64,000 bases of DNA from positions 159,102 through 223,101 of the forward strand of contig JBAYHC010000003.1 of the NCBI GenBank assembly GCA_041666325.1. Reading direction: 5' to 3'. The first letter of the stretch is position 1; each line of letters starts with the position of its first letter. A program made the position numbers and the translations under genes. The notes below the pieces were generated by a model. The model was not told the DNA's origin. It did no database searches and saw only the letters and a program-made list of their open reading frames with translations. This document shows positions 36,588 to 48,483 of the stretch, in pieces. Source of the stretch: Patescibacteria group bacterium. GTDB lineage: Bacteria; Patescibacteriota; UBA1384; XYA2-FULL-43-10; 1-14-0-10-43-13.

Positions 36588-37961
36588 TTAACTAAGCTTG
36601 CCTTTGATCAACGCACCCAGATCCTCAATTTTGATTCTAGCCTGCTCCATAGTATCTCGATCGCGAAGAGTGACAGTTTTGTCCTGAAGGGTATCAAAAT
36701 CAACCGTGATGCACCAAGGCGTGCCGATCTCATCCTGACGACGATAACGACGTCCAACTGAACCAGATTCATCGTAGAACGCGTCAACGCCATTTTGGCG
36801 CAAGTCAGTGAAAATCTTCTGAGCGATCTCCGGCAAGCCTTCCTTCTTAATGAGGGGGAAAACCCCAACTTTGATCGGGGCAAGCTTTGGACTTAGCCGC
36901 AATGTAATCTCGCCAGACGCTCGACCATCTGTACCGTCTGATTCGTCGTAAGCGTCAACCATGAAGGCTAGCATTGCCCTATCTACTCCCATCGACGGCT
37001 CGACTACGTAAGGAATAAACTTCTCGCCCTTCTCTTCGTCGAAATATCTCAGGTCGGCGCCGGAATGCTCTGTGTGCTGTTTAAGATCATAGTCTGTCCG
37101 CTGGGCAATTCCGGCCAGCTCGGAGGTACCAAAGGGAAAATCATATTCAATATCCGAGGTACCAGATGAATAGTGTGATAACTCATCCTTGGCATGCTCC
37201 CTGGTGTGCAAGTTCTCCTTTTTGATACCAAGATCGGTGTAAAACCCCTCGATTGCTTCGATCCAAGCACGATACCACTTGTCTGACTCTTCCTTGTCTG
37301 GACCAACAAAGAACTCTACCTCTGCCTGCTCGAACTCTCGCGTCCGAAAAATGAAATTGCCTGGAGTGATCTCGTTTCGAAACGCCTTACCAATCTGAGC
37401 AATACCGAAGGGCAACTTAACTCGACTGGACTGGAGTACGTTTTGGAAATTAATAAATATGCCCTGAGCCGTCTCAGGACGAAGATAAGCAGTCGAAACC
37501 GAATCTTCTGTCACGCCGATAAATGTCTTGAACATCAAATTAAAATCTTTGGCCTCGGTAAACTCGTGCATTCCGCCAAGCGGACAATTGAACATTGCCT
37601 TGTCTTCTTTACTAGCCGTCAACCAGTCATTTGCCATACCACCCATACGATCACGTGCCTCTTGAATATGATCAGCGCGGAAACGCTGATGGCACTTCTT
37701 GCACTCAACTAGCGGATCAGAGAAAGATGAGAGATGGCCGCTGGCCTCCCAGACTTTCGGATTTTGGATAATAGCTGAATCAAGACCGACAATGTCGGCG
37801 CGCTGAGAGACAAAACGCTTCCACCACTCATCCTTGATGTTCTTTTTCATCTGCGCACCGAGTGGACCGTAATCGAAAGCATTGGCAAAACCGCCGTAAA
37901 TCTCTGAGGCAGGATAAATGAAACCGCGGCGCTTACAAAGAGAAGCTATCTTCTCCATCAT
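36588..37961 (-). CDS. glyQS: glycine--tRNA ligase (single-chain alpha2 type)
   Basis: N-terminus MMEKIASLCKRRGFIYPASEIYGG and class II motifs. The track ORF extends 18 aa further upstream; no SD for either start. Confidence 0.85.
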   Translation of the reverse strand: MMEKIASLCKRRGFIYPASEIYGGFANAFDYGPLGAQMKKNIKDEWWKRFVSQRADIVGLDSAIIQNPKVWEASGHLSSFSDPLVECKKCHQRFRADHIQEARDRMGGMANDWLTASKEDKAMFNCPLGGMHEFTEAKDFNLMFKTFIGVTEDSVSTAYLRPETAQGIFINFQNVLQSSRVKLPFGIAQIGKAFRNEITPGNFIFRTREFEQAEVEFFVGPDKEESDKWYRAWIEAIEGFYTDLGIKKENLHTREHAKDELSHYSSGTSDIEYDFPFGTSELAGIAQRTDYDLKQHTEHSGADLRYFDEEKGEKFIPYVVEPSMGVDRAMLAFMVDAYDESDGTDGRASGEITLRLSPKLAPIKVGVFPLIKKEGLPEIAQKIFTDLRQNGVDAFYDESGSVGRRYRRQDEIGTPWCITVDFDTLQDKTVTLRDRDTMEQARIKIEDLGALIKGKLS

Positions 37962-38124
37962 GCTATCTTTTGGTTTTTCGGTCTCAACTTCGTTATTCAT
38001 AAAAATGCCATTCATTAAGGATTGAAATCATATTATCAAACTCGAGGCAATTTTTAAAGCCGCACCTTTACATTCGCCATCTTGATTGGTAAGATCACTG
38101 CGAGCCAACAAGGGAGGTGAAAGC

Positions 38125-38805
38125 GTGCATTATGAACCAAACTGGCCACACGAGGTCATATCTGAAGCGGCGTGCAACAGGACCACAGCGATTAGGCTTG
38201 CAACGGCTTCGAGGCGCGCAATCCTTGGTCGTTCACATCAAACCAAGAGGATTCCCATACAAGCATTACTTGACATCGGCGGCTTTCTTTACGAGAGACG
38301 GTCAGAGGGCTTGTTCCGAGACCAGCTAATTACCCGCGGGAACAATCCAAATCTTGCCAAGCAATTTCTAATTACTGCCGACCCAAGGATGCGCTTGGTC
38401 CTTCCGCCAAAAGTCAGGACAACGAAGGGTGATGAATCAATCACCTATTGGGACGACAAACTGTCGCCCACCAAAGAGCGGTTCACTATTGGCCACGAGG
38501 TTGCACACACATTCCTTTTTGACCGAGATAAAGACACGCCAACCAAGGTCGGTTGGTGGGTAGCGGCAGGTATTTTCGACCGCAGAGTCGAATACTTCTG
38601 CGATGTTTATGCTGCCGCTCTTCTGATCCCGCCGATCTATGTCAAAATTGTTGCCAGCGCACTCGCCGGCCACGGCCCAGCAATTGACACAGACACCATC
38701 ATCGATCACTTTGGAATTCCAATCAAAGTCCTCTACTGGATGGTGATGAGTTTATCAAAAACATACTGGAGCATTCACCACCAGCATTTCCTAGAATTTG
38801 ATTAG
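38125..38805 (+). CDS. ImmA/IrrE-family (COG2856) zinc metallopeptidase
   Basis: HEVAH zinc motif within TIGHEVAHTFLF. GTG start at 38125 with an AGGGAGG RBS 7 nt upstream. Confidence 0.65.
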   Translation: MHYEPNWPHEVISEAACNRTTAIRLATASRRAILGRSHQTKRIPIQALLDIGGFLYERRSEGLFRDQLITRGNNPNLAKQFLITADPRMRLVLPPKVRTTKGDESITYWDDKLSPTKERFTIGHEVAHTFLFDRDKDTPTKVGWWVAAGIFDRRVEYFCDVYAAALLIPPIYVKIVASALAGHGPAIDTDTIIDHFGIPIKVLYWMVMSLSKTYWSIHHQHFLEFD

Positions 38806-38822
38806 TATACTACTTCCCCCGC

Positions 38823-38844
38823 GCTGCCATCCGGCAGCTTTTTT
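38823..38844 (+). terminator. rho-independent terminator after the ImmA-like gene
   Basis: GCTGCCATCCGGCAGC followed by TTTTTT. Confidence 0.55.
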
Positions 38845-38967
38845 AATAAAAAAGCGGAGGAAAAGATCCTCAGACGGAAACGCAATCGGTATAAGTTAAC
38901 GCGTCCGAGACTAGATCCATGCAACCGCCCTTGGTATCAGCAAAGTCTGAGCCCGGTCGAGAAACCA

Positions 38968-38996
38968 TTGACTGATACGTATTATTGTGCTATAAT
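38968..38996 (+). promoter_or_regulatory. near-consensus sigma70 promoter TTGACT-N17-TGcTATAAT (extended -10)
   Basis: -35 at 38968-38973, TG at 38987-38988, -10 TATAAT at 38991-38996. Confidence 0.6.
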
Positions 38997-39027
38997 GTAT
39001 AGCAGTATGGTTTGGAAGGAGATCGCT

Positions 39028-39282
39028 TTGGACAAGATCAGCGTCAACCCAGAAGCACTCTCCCCGGTAGCTCGCGAGAAGGTTTTCCCCCTCGTTAGAC
39101 TACTGGACTCCAGCCCCGATATCATTCTCCGTGACCTTGCTCCAGAAAATGCCGGAAGCGTCGGTAACCTGATCGATACCACCAATCCGGCTGACTGGAA
39201 CCTCTATATATCTCTAGCTGAAGCCGCTGACCAAAAAGCTGGCAATGCCAGCAAGGAGACAGCAATGCTCTGCCGGAGATGA
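39028..39282 (+). CDS. small hypothetical protein (about 85 aa) between a strong promoter and a strong terminator
   Basis: AAGGAG RBS at 39016-39021 followed by an in-frame TTG at 39028. The track ORF 38968..39282 starts upstream of the predicted TSS. No family recognised. Confidence 0.4.
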   Translation: MDKISVNPEALSPVAREKVFPLVRLLDSSPDIILRDLAPENAGSVGNLIDTTNPADWNLYISLAEAADQKAGNASKETAMLCRR

Positions 39283-39292
39283 GAGTCCGCTT

Positions 39293-39321
39293 GAGTGCGC
39301 ACCCCGCGCACTCATTTTTTT
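39293..39321 (+). terminator. rho-independent terminator
   Basis: GAGTGCGC-ACCCC-GCGCACTC followed by ATTTTTTT. Confidence 0.7.
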
Positions 39322-40060
39322 ATCCGGAAACATTTTGGAGAAAGCGTTCACTCTTAACGTTTGATTCCAATATGTCTCTGATATAGGCAGAGAGGAGCAC
39401 TGCCGCTTCGTCGGCCAATGATGATTCAACATTCAAATGACCGATAAGACCAAAACCTTTTTCCTCGATGATTCTGAAAAATTTAATCAGATTGTCAGAT
39501 ACAGCGTAACCATGACGAAATAGCCTTTGGCACTCTGAGCAAATTATGCCGCCCTCCAAACCGTCCCAGAAATTGTTGCCTGGCTTCAGTTGCACATGAC
39601 AATGGCGGCAGTGAGATAGCTCGGGCCAAAAACCAGCTTGTTTCAGAAGGCCGATCTCAAAGACACGCAGAACCAATGGATCTTCGGTTGTTGCCAAACT
39701 CTGCAGGCTTTGCACCAAAAGAGAGAAAACCTCGGAGGATTTTAGTTCTTCCTTCTCGAACCTATCCACCAACTCTCCGACATAAAAAGCATTGGCAATT
39801 TTTCTTATATCTGTCTGGATTAGGGAAAAATCTGACTTAATTGAAGCGCCTGTGACGGTAAAAAATGTGCGACCTGGATAAAGCTGAAGATCAACAAGCA
39901 TAAACGGTTCAAGGCTACCAGCAAGCCGCGCTGAGATTTTGCGCACACCGCGAGCCATCGCCTTAACTTTGCCAAAACGCTCAGTAAATATAGTCAGGAT
40001 TCTATCTGCTTCAGAAAAATCTTGCCGCTTGATGACTATCCCCAACGTCTTTTGATTCAT
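39320..40060 (-). CDS. recO: DNA repair protein RecO
   Basis: N-terminal OB fold region GIVIKRQDFSEADRILTIFT and a C-terminal zinc motif CRHCH...CSEC. 246 aa. Confidence 0.8.
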   Translation of the reverse strand: MNQKTLGIVIKRQDFSEADRILTIFTERFGKVKAMARGVRKISARLAGSLEPFMLVDLQLYPGRTFFTVTGASIKSDFSLIQTDIRKIANAFYVGELVDRFEKEELKSSEVFSLLVQSLQSLATTEDPLVLRVFEIGLLKQAGFWPELSHCRHCHVQLKPGNNFWDGLEGGIICSECQRLFRHGYAVSDNLIKFFRIIEEKGFGLIGHLNVESSLADEAAVLLSAYIRDILESNVKSERFLQNVSG

Positions 40061-40129
40061 GCCGTTAGTATATCAGAAAGCTGATCTCGGCAACGTTTGA
40101 TTTTTTGACAATATTGATTTTCAGAGAAC

Positions 40130-40154
40130 AAAAAAAGGGACGCGGATGCGCCCC
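40130..40154 (-). terminator. rho-independent terminator for the 40174..40560 gene
   Basis: Minus strand GGGGCGCATCCGCGTCCC followed by TTTTTTT. Confidence 0.5.
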
Positions 40155-40173
40155 AACAATATTGAGCAATAAT

Positions 40174-40560
40174 CTAACCGCGGAATGCGCAGGCAAGCTT
40201 GGCAGCGTCGCCCCTGTCCGTACAATAAAGAGGGTCGCCACTATCTGGCGCATGAAGCACGAACGGTTCGCAGCCGGCGTAGCCGACATGTCCACGATCC
40301 AAGTCACGGGTTAACCTACCAATGGCAATAAGCGCGGTCAGAGCTACGGGGTAAGCTTCAGGGTTGCAATCACGCATTGTCTTTAGGCTAGTCCAATCAA
40401 TCATGATCTTGCCTTCCCCGCAATCGTCCAGCATGAGCATTAAAACGAGATCGTAACAGCTTCCAATCAATCCGAGGCGATCAGACGCTTCCTCTGCTTC
40501 CGCTGTCTCTGGAACATCAAATGGATAGCCACCAACAACAATGCTCCTTGCTATTTTCAA
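40174..40560 (-). CDS. hypothetical protein (128 aa, Cys-containing)
   Basis: GAGGAGGAG RBS upstream of the ATG. No family recognised. Confidence 0.5.
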   Translation of the reverse strand: MKIARSIVVGGYPFDVPETAEAEEASDRLGLIGSCYDLVLMLMLDDCGEGKIMIDWTSLKTMRDCNPEAYPVALTALIAIGRLTRDLDRGHVGYAGCEPFVLHAPDSGDPLYCTDRGDAAKLACAFRG

Positions 40561-40696
40561 TCGCTCCTCCTCTCAGGACCATCGGTCCCAGATCGATGCC
40601 ATGGCTAAGGGCAACACACCCTTCGTCCCTAGCTTGCATAGCACATGATATTACCACTTGCCGAGTATGGTTGCAAACTAACTTATACTTAGAAAA

Positions 40697-40731
40697 TTAA
40701 AAGACAGCTGTTTTGGGCTGTCTTTTAATTG
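40697..40731 (-). terminator. rho-independent terminator after the CYTH gene
   Basis: AAAGACAGC-TGTTTTGG-GCTGTCTTT palindrome with flanking T/A runs. Confidence 0.55.
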
Positions 40732-40746
40732 CTTCGGCCTGTACGG

Positions 40747-41238
40747 TTAGGCGATCAACTGTTTAATTTGGGAAAAATTCTTACTTGCCAGATATTGATT
40801 GGATGCCCATTTTTCGCTGGTTATCTCTCGTCCCAACCAGCTGGGTAAAGAAAAATCCCTCTTCAGATCCTCATCAGGGAAAACAACCTCGGCGAGTACC
40901 AGTCCCGTCAAATTCCCCTCGAAAACATCTATCCGAAGCTCCATCCCCTCGTCGCCGGCCATGTAGTAATAGCGTTTTTTTCGCAACTGTTTTATCGTTA
41001 TATCAAAAATCTTCTTAAATTCTTCCTTGGAGATGTGCACGTTGGCATACTCTCGATAACTTAAATCACCGGGAATCGGAATCGATTTATGTGTTAGTGA
41101 AAATTCATCACCTCTTTTGCGAACTCTGACAGCATCGGGCGAATCTGTCAAATAGCCCTGTTCAATCTTCTCAAACCTCTTCTCGGTTGTATCTTTCGGC
41201 AACTCCCTAACAAGATAGGTTGCCTCTATGCGCATCAT
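40747..41238 (-). CDS. CYTH-domain protein (triphosphate tunnel metalloenzyme, class IV adenylyl cyclase/thiamine-triphosphatase-like)
   Basis: N-terminal RIEATYLV (cf. EIERKFLV) and ELRIDVFEG (cf. EiEvDeF-G) motifs. 163 aa. Confidence 0.6.
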   Translation of the reverse strand: MMRIEATYLVRELPKDTTEKRFEKIEQGYLTDSPDAVRVRKRGDEFSLTHKSIPIPGDLSYREYANVHISKEEFKKIFDITIKQLRKKRYYYMAGDEGMELRIDVFEGNLTGLVLAEVVFPDEDLKRDFSLPSWLGREITSEKWASNQYLASKNFSQIKQLIA

Positions 41239-41290
41239 ATTGCCTCCTTTTAAGTCTACTGATCAACTTGGTCTCATTCACAAAGTTTAC

Positions 41291-42043
41291 CTAGGAACCC
41301 AGAGCATCTTCGACAATTTTTAATTGATCAGGGTTATTGATACCAAGAGCTTCGCTCTCCTTCGATACTGGCACAGATATTATTTTTCTACCCTGGCCTG
41401 CTGCAACCCTAACCATATCAGTTAAATAGTACTCTTTCTGGACGTTCCTGGTATCCAATTTATCCAAATTCTCCCATAGCCACGGTGCATCAAAAACATA
41501 GAAGCACGGATTGCACTCTTTTATCTTAAGTTGCTCAGCGCTACAGTCTTTCTGCTCTACACTATTAATGACATTCCCGGAGCTATCCTTGATCAACCGA
41601 CCGTAAACCCAAAACTCAGGGTCTTCAAATTCGACTGACAACATTGCTATGGTTGGTTGCTCCCTCTCGTAAGCGTCCAACAAGCGTTTGATCGTCTCTG
41701 TCTTAAACATCGGCATATCACCATAGCAAACTATAACCATGTCTGATTCACCCCGAAGCAGTTCTTTTGCCTGAGCCACAGCATGGCCAGTGCCAAGTTG
41801 TTCATCCTGAACAGCGTAGATAACCTCATCCCCAAGATATTCTTCGACCATCTCTTTGTGGTAGCCAACAACCACAGCAATCAACAGGACCCCCGCATTC
41901 CGCACATGATCAACGGAATATCTAATCATCGGCACACCATTAACAGGAAACATAACCTTTGGGATAAGGGAACTCTCGCCGTCATTCATTCTTGTTCCTT
42001 TGCCCGCTGCCAAAATTACCGCCGAAACTTTCTTCATGTCCAT
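41291..42043 (-). CDS. sugar-1-phosphate nucleotidyltransferase (GlmU N-terminal-domain-like UDP-GlcNAc pyrophosphorylase, no acetyltransferase domain)
   Basis: AVILAAGKGTRM and AVQDEQLGTGHAV motifs. 250 aa; lacks the left-handed beta-helix domain. Confidence 0.7.
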   Translation of the reverse strand: MDMKKVSAVILAAGKGTRMNDGESSLIPKVMFPVNGVPMIRYSVDHVRNAGVLLIAVVVGYHKEMVEEYLGDEVIYAVQDEQLGTGHAVAQAKELLRGESDMVIVCYGDMPMFKTETIKRLLDAYEREQPTIAMLSVEFEDPEFWVYGRLIKDSSGNVINSVEQKDCSAEQLKIKECNPCFYVFDAPWLWENLDKLDTRNVQKEYYLTDMVRVAAGQGRKIISVPVSKESEALGINNPDQLKIVEDALGS

Positions 42044-42079
42044 CCTTCTTATTTTGATAACCTCGCCCTCGCGCTGATA

Positions 42080-42979
42080 TTATTTCTGGCAGGCAGGACA
42101 ATAGTGCGTCCCGCGACCGCCCAGGGTAATCCGCTCAATCAGTCCGCCACAATTTTCCGGACACGGCTGACCATCCCGACGGTAAACCTTCAGAAAATTC
42201 TGCATCCCACCTTTTTTGCCCTCTGAGTCAACATAGTCGCTGTCAGTCGTTCCGCGATTCTTGATTGCCAGCCCCAGTATCTCAACAACACTCTGCCTCA
42301 AATTTTGCCATTCGAGAGGAGATATCTCCTTTACTGGTCGCAACGGCGATATCCTAGCAGCAAAAAGAGACTCGTCGGCATAAATATTGCCAATACCGGC
42401 AATTATCTTTTGGTCGGTTAGAAACTGTTTGATCTTCCGTCTCGGCAAGCGTTTCGCCTGTGCCGCAAGGTATGGAACAGTAAAATCTGGCAAGGCCTGT
42501 CCCGAGTCAGAGTCGATGGGCTCTGGCCCATATTCATCCATAAATATCTTCGCTACCTGTTCGTCAGTTAGAACTTTGCACCAACCGAACATTCTCAAAT
42601 CATTAAAGAATAGCTTCGCTTTATCATCAAAAGTAAACACAAGACGGGTGGCGCTATTGGGTAGGTCGGCGTGCCAATCATGAGACGGATGTCCGCCGGC
42701 GAAAGAGTCTCGTATTTCGTATTTCGTATTACGTATTTCGGGACGATAGATCAATTGTCCGGTCATCTTAAGGTGAAAGAGCAAATTTGTACCGCCAGAA
42801 AGTTGTACACGCAAAACCTTGGCTCGACGATCCACGGCTAAAATCTTTCGCCCGACAACATCCTCTCGCTTTCCAATCAATCGGCGAGGACCCAAAACAT
42901 CAATCGCTTGAATTACCTTGCCGATGATCTTGTCCTGCAAACCTCGCTTGATTGTTTCCACTTCGGGTAATTCTGGCAC
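42080..42979 (-). CDS. mutM: formamidopyrimidine-DNA glycosylase (Fpg/MutM; Nei-like)
   Basis: PELPEVETIKRGL N-terminus after the start Met/Val, an H2TH region, and a C-terminal zinc finger CPENCGG...CPACQ. GTG start at 42977-42979 with an AAGGAG RBS; the track ORF over-extends the N-terminus. Confidence 0.8.
   Translation of the reverse strand: MPELPEVETIKRGLQDKIIGKVIQAIDVLGPRRLIGKREDVVGRKILAVDRRAKVLRVQLSGGTNLLFHLKMTGQLIYRPEIRNTKYEIRDSFAGGHPSHDWHADLPNSATRLVFTFDDKAKLFFNDLRMFGWCKVLTDEQVAKIFMDEYGPEPIDSDSGQALPDFTVPYLAAQAKRLPRRKIKQFLTDQKIIAGIGNIYADESLFAARISPLRPVKEISPLEWQNLRQSVVEILGLAIKNRGTTDSDYVDSEGKKGGMQNFLKVYRRDGQPCPENCGGLIERITLGGRGTHYCPACQK
42711..42740. repeat. heptanucleotide microsatellite (CGTATTT)x4 (one unit CGTATTA) inside the fpg coding sequence
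   Basis: Direct reading gives cgtatttcgtatttcgtattacgtatttcg. It encodes EIRNTKYEIR within an insertion relative to canonical Fpg. Confidence 0.8.
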
Positions 42980-43166
42980 AAGGCTCCTTTCAGTCGTAAG
43001 TAACAATTTACAAGACACAAACGGCAAATCACCGTTCCGAGCCAGACCCCGCCAAAGGCGGTGACAAATTTCAATATTCAGTACTTAAGTGTTAAACAGC
43101 CTGGATATTGATGGATTGGTTGCTGGGCACTGTCCGCCCGGAAGGGTCCCCTTCTGGTATCTTCGA

Positions 43167-43814
43167 CTATTTACTATGTATTTCAAATCGATCAATTAGT
43201 TCTCCGAGCTGTGTAAAATTACTGATTGCAATATTGCCAAATTCGACAGTCGGCTCCATAGGATCGGACTGCTGTCCGATCCTATTTATTTCAATCGCTA
43301 ATGAATTTGCAAATTTCTTAGCAACGTTCTGCACCGAATCTCCCCTGTCATCAATAAAAATAAACGGATCGCTTTGCCCTACAAGCTCATCCAGATACAG
43401 CCACTTCTGTTCATCGGTAAGATAGACGTTATCAAAGTAATGCGATATAGATGAGCTCACTATCTTCACTCTCTGAAAATCCTTGTCGCCCATACTCAAG
43501 AGATAGAGGCCAAACTTCTCCCTGTCAACCGCCCGTAAGAACTGAATCGCATCTTCAAATATCATGTCCTTGGCCTGATGATAAAGACGTTGAAGTAAGT
43601 AATGGGCAGTGGCCCTGTCTCCCAGCTCCATCTCGGACAGAAGATCAAGTTGCTTGACCGGAGAGTACCTGTAATCCGAACACGCGATCTCGTAGGCTTT
43701 TTCAATATTAGAGTAAGAAAACCCAGACTTCGCCAAGGTGCTCCATATCAAAGCCTTAAATGAATCCGTATCAAAAATCGTTCCATCAAAATCAATAAAA
43801 ATCTTGGTTTTCAT
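43167..43814 (-). CDS. HAD-superfamily hydrolase
   Basis: Motif I FIDFDGTIFDT, and motif IV FIDD. 215 aa. Confidence 0.7.
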   Translation of the reverse strand: MKTKIFIDFDGTIFDTDSFKALIWSTLAKSGFSYSNIEKAYEIACSDYRYSPVKQLDLLSEMELGDRATAHYLLQRLYHQAKDMIFEDAIQFLRAVDREKFGLYLLSMGDKDFQRVKIVSSSISHYFDNVYLTDEQKWLYLDELVGQSDPFIFIDDRGDSVQNVAKKFANSLAIEINRIGQQSDPMEPTVEFGNIAISNFTQLGELIDRFEIHSK

Positions 43815-43898
43815 TGTCTAAATCTTACCTCATTTACCACCATGATGCCAACCCAAATCGAATAAACTCACGCTTGACAAATATTTTAGTTTTAACTA

Positions 43899-43996
43899 CG
43901 ATAAAGTTACTACGACTAGCGATGCTAAAAACAAAAAGACGCGCAGTATCCGATAAAACAAAACGACCGAGGGAACGGTCTTTTTAGTTACTAAAT
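43899..43996 (+). ncRNA. candidate small RNA or PadR leader, bounded by a promoter-like TTGACA-N17-TACGAT and an intrinsic terminator
   Basis: -35 at 43864-43869, -10 at 43887-43892. Hairpin GACCGAGGGAACGGTC at 43975-43990 followed by TTTTT. Confidence 0.25.
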
Positions 43997-44059
43997 CCCT
44001 ACAAAATTACCCGTCTCGGCCGAGACCCGAGCCAAGGTCGGACAAATTCGACGAAAATA

Positions 44060-44131
44060 CCAAATTACGAATTCCCTAGAGGTGATGATTAAGATTCGTA
44101 CTTTCGTAATTTCGATCAATTCGTAATTTGG
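44060..44131. promoter_or_regulatory. operator-like repeat cluster upstream of the PadR gene
   Basis: 13-bp perfect inverted repeat CCAAATTACGAAT (44060-44072) / ATTCGTAATTTGG (44119-44131), plus extra direct TTCGTAATTT copies at 44103-44112 and a partial one at 44095-44101. Confidence 0.5.
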
Positions 44132-44157
44132 TCAGGGATAATTCCGAAAGAATTATT

Positions 44158-44502
44158 ATGGATCTGACATCAGAAGGCTACTGGAGGAAACTGATTAACC
44201 AAGGACTAATCCGGTTCTTTCTTTTAAAGGTGCTGTACAAAGACAAAGAAAGCTATGGCTATCGCTTGGTTAAACGCGTCGAAGAACTCTCGGAAGGCAC
44301 CTGCAGACCGACTGAATCGACAATCTATCCTGCTCTCGATCAGCTCTATCGTGAAAATTATGTCACTGTAATGGAAATCTCCGTTGGCTCTCGCATCAGA
44401 AAAGTTTATGCACTAACAGATCGAGGCCGTGCTGCCTACCGTGCCGCCGCTAAATCATACGGCGAAATTATCCCTCTTCTTCGCCAAGCAATTATGCTCT
44501 AA
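44158..44502 (+). CDS. PadR-family transcriptional regulator
   Basis: Winged-HTH signature GYRLVKRVEELSEGTCRPTESTIYPALDQLYRENYV. Internal ATG at 44158 chosen as start. Confidence 0.75.
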   Translation: MDLTSEGYWRKLINQGLIRFFLLKVLYKDKESYGYRLVKRVEELSEGTCRPTESTIYPALDQLYRENYVTVMEISVGSRIRKVYALTDRGRAAYRAAAKSYGEIIPLLRQAIML

Positions 44503-44584
44503 TGTAATTTTCTGGGATTGCCAAAATTGATCTCCTGGGCTATATTTTATATGGTTCAAAAACACTCCCGAAAGGAGACGCACC

Positions 44585-45139
44585 TTGACCAACAGAATTG
44601 CGGTCGTGGGGGACTTCTTGCCGCAAACAGGCTGGACCAAAGAGGCACAGCTCGTAGTTTGGGCGGAAGTCCATCGCCGCCGACAAGCGAATGATCCGAT
44701 GCTTGATATTGATATCGTAGCTTTTTGCCAAACCTGGCCATTAGATGACCGCAAGTTTGGCGGAAACCAACAGACAGACTATTGGAAGTCGGCCATGGAT
44801 ATAGTCTTTCCAAATGCCGGTTTCCTGGTGGTCTTTGCCTTTCAGAAGTATGCCCATCCGCCACACCCCGGATTAACTTCTCATCCTGGCTACATCTCAA
44901 CCGAATATTACTATGGTCCGTTCCATCAAGATGCCCACCACCTGGTTGAGTTTATCAATAGCCTCTCACCAACCATTACCCGCTGGCAGTCACAATGGCA
45001 GATCTCCTGCCCGCATTGTCAGGTGAGAGTTCTGCTCAACCGAACAAAGTTTTGCGCCTATCATTGGCACAGAGCATATCCTACTACCAGCTTTGATTGC
45101 CCGTGCCCTCATTGCGGTCAGTCTCTTTCCATCATATAG
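44585..45139 (+). CDS. hypothetical protein with a C-terminal CxxC...CxxC zinc ribbon
   Basis: AAGGAG RBS then a TTG start. C-terminal CPHCQ...CPCPHCG. Confidence 0.5.
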   Translation: MTNRIAVVGDFLPQTGWTKEAQLVVWAEVHRRRQANDPMLDIDIVAFCQTWPLDDRKFGGNQQTDYWKSAMDIVFPNAGFLVVFAFQKYAHPPHPGLTSHPGYISTEYYYGPFHQDAHHLVEFINSLSPTITRWQSQWQISCPHCQVRVLLNRTKFCAYHWHRAYPTTSFDCPCPHCGQSLSII

Positions 45140-45161
45140 CACGCATTCCCTAACTTGCCGT

Positions 45162-45188
45162 TGCCCTCCTGACCAGAGGGCTTTTTTG
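45162..45188 (+). terminator. rho-independent terminator
   Basis: GCCCTC-CTGACCA-GAGGGC followed by TTTTTTG. Confidence 0.65.
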
Positions 45189-45206
45189 TATAAAAAAATG
45201 GCTTTG

Positions 45207-45324
<118 letters not shown>

Positions 45325-45539
45325 CAAAACCATTTTATCAATACTGAATAGTAAATATCTTTTCCAGATGAGGTGCCCCGACATTGGAGCACCGATATCT
45401 GAAAAAGCTGAGCTAGATCTCAAGCGACAGCCAAGCCCCACATACCCGACAAAGTCAGGTATCGAGGTAAAGCCACCGCTAAGTATCATATGCGCTCAAA
45501 AGAATAGGATAAATCCAAGAATTGCTCGTCAAAAATTGA

Positions 45540-48462
<2,923 letters not shown>

Positions 48463-48483
48463 ATATTCTCTAGAGGTCAACGC

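Noticed and set aside
45329-45539. Possible tRNA genes in the 23S-5S spacer or downstream of 5S
   Set aside because: Direct inspection found no T-arm (GTTCGA/GGTTC...) or acceptor-stem pairing in this about 210-nt spacer.
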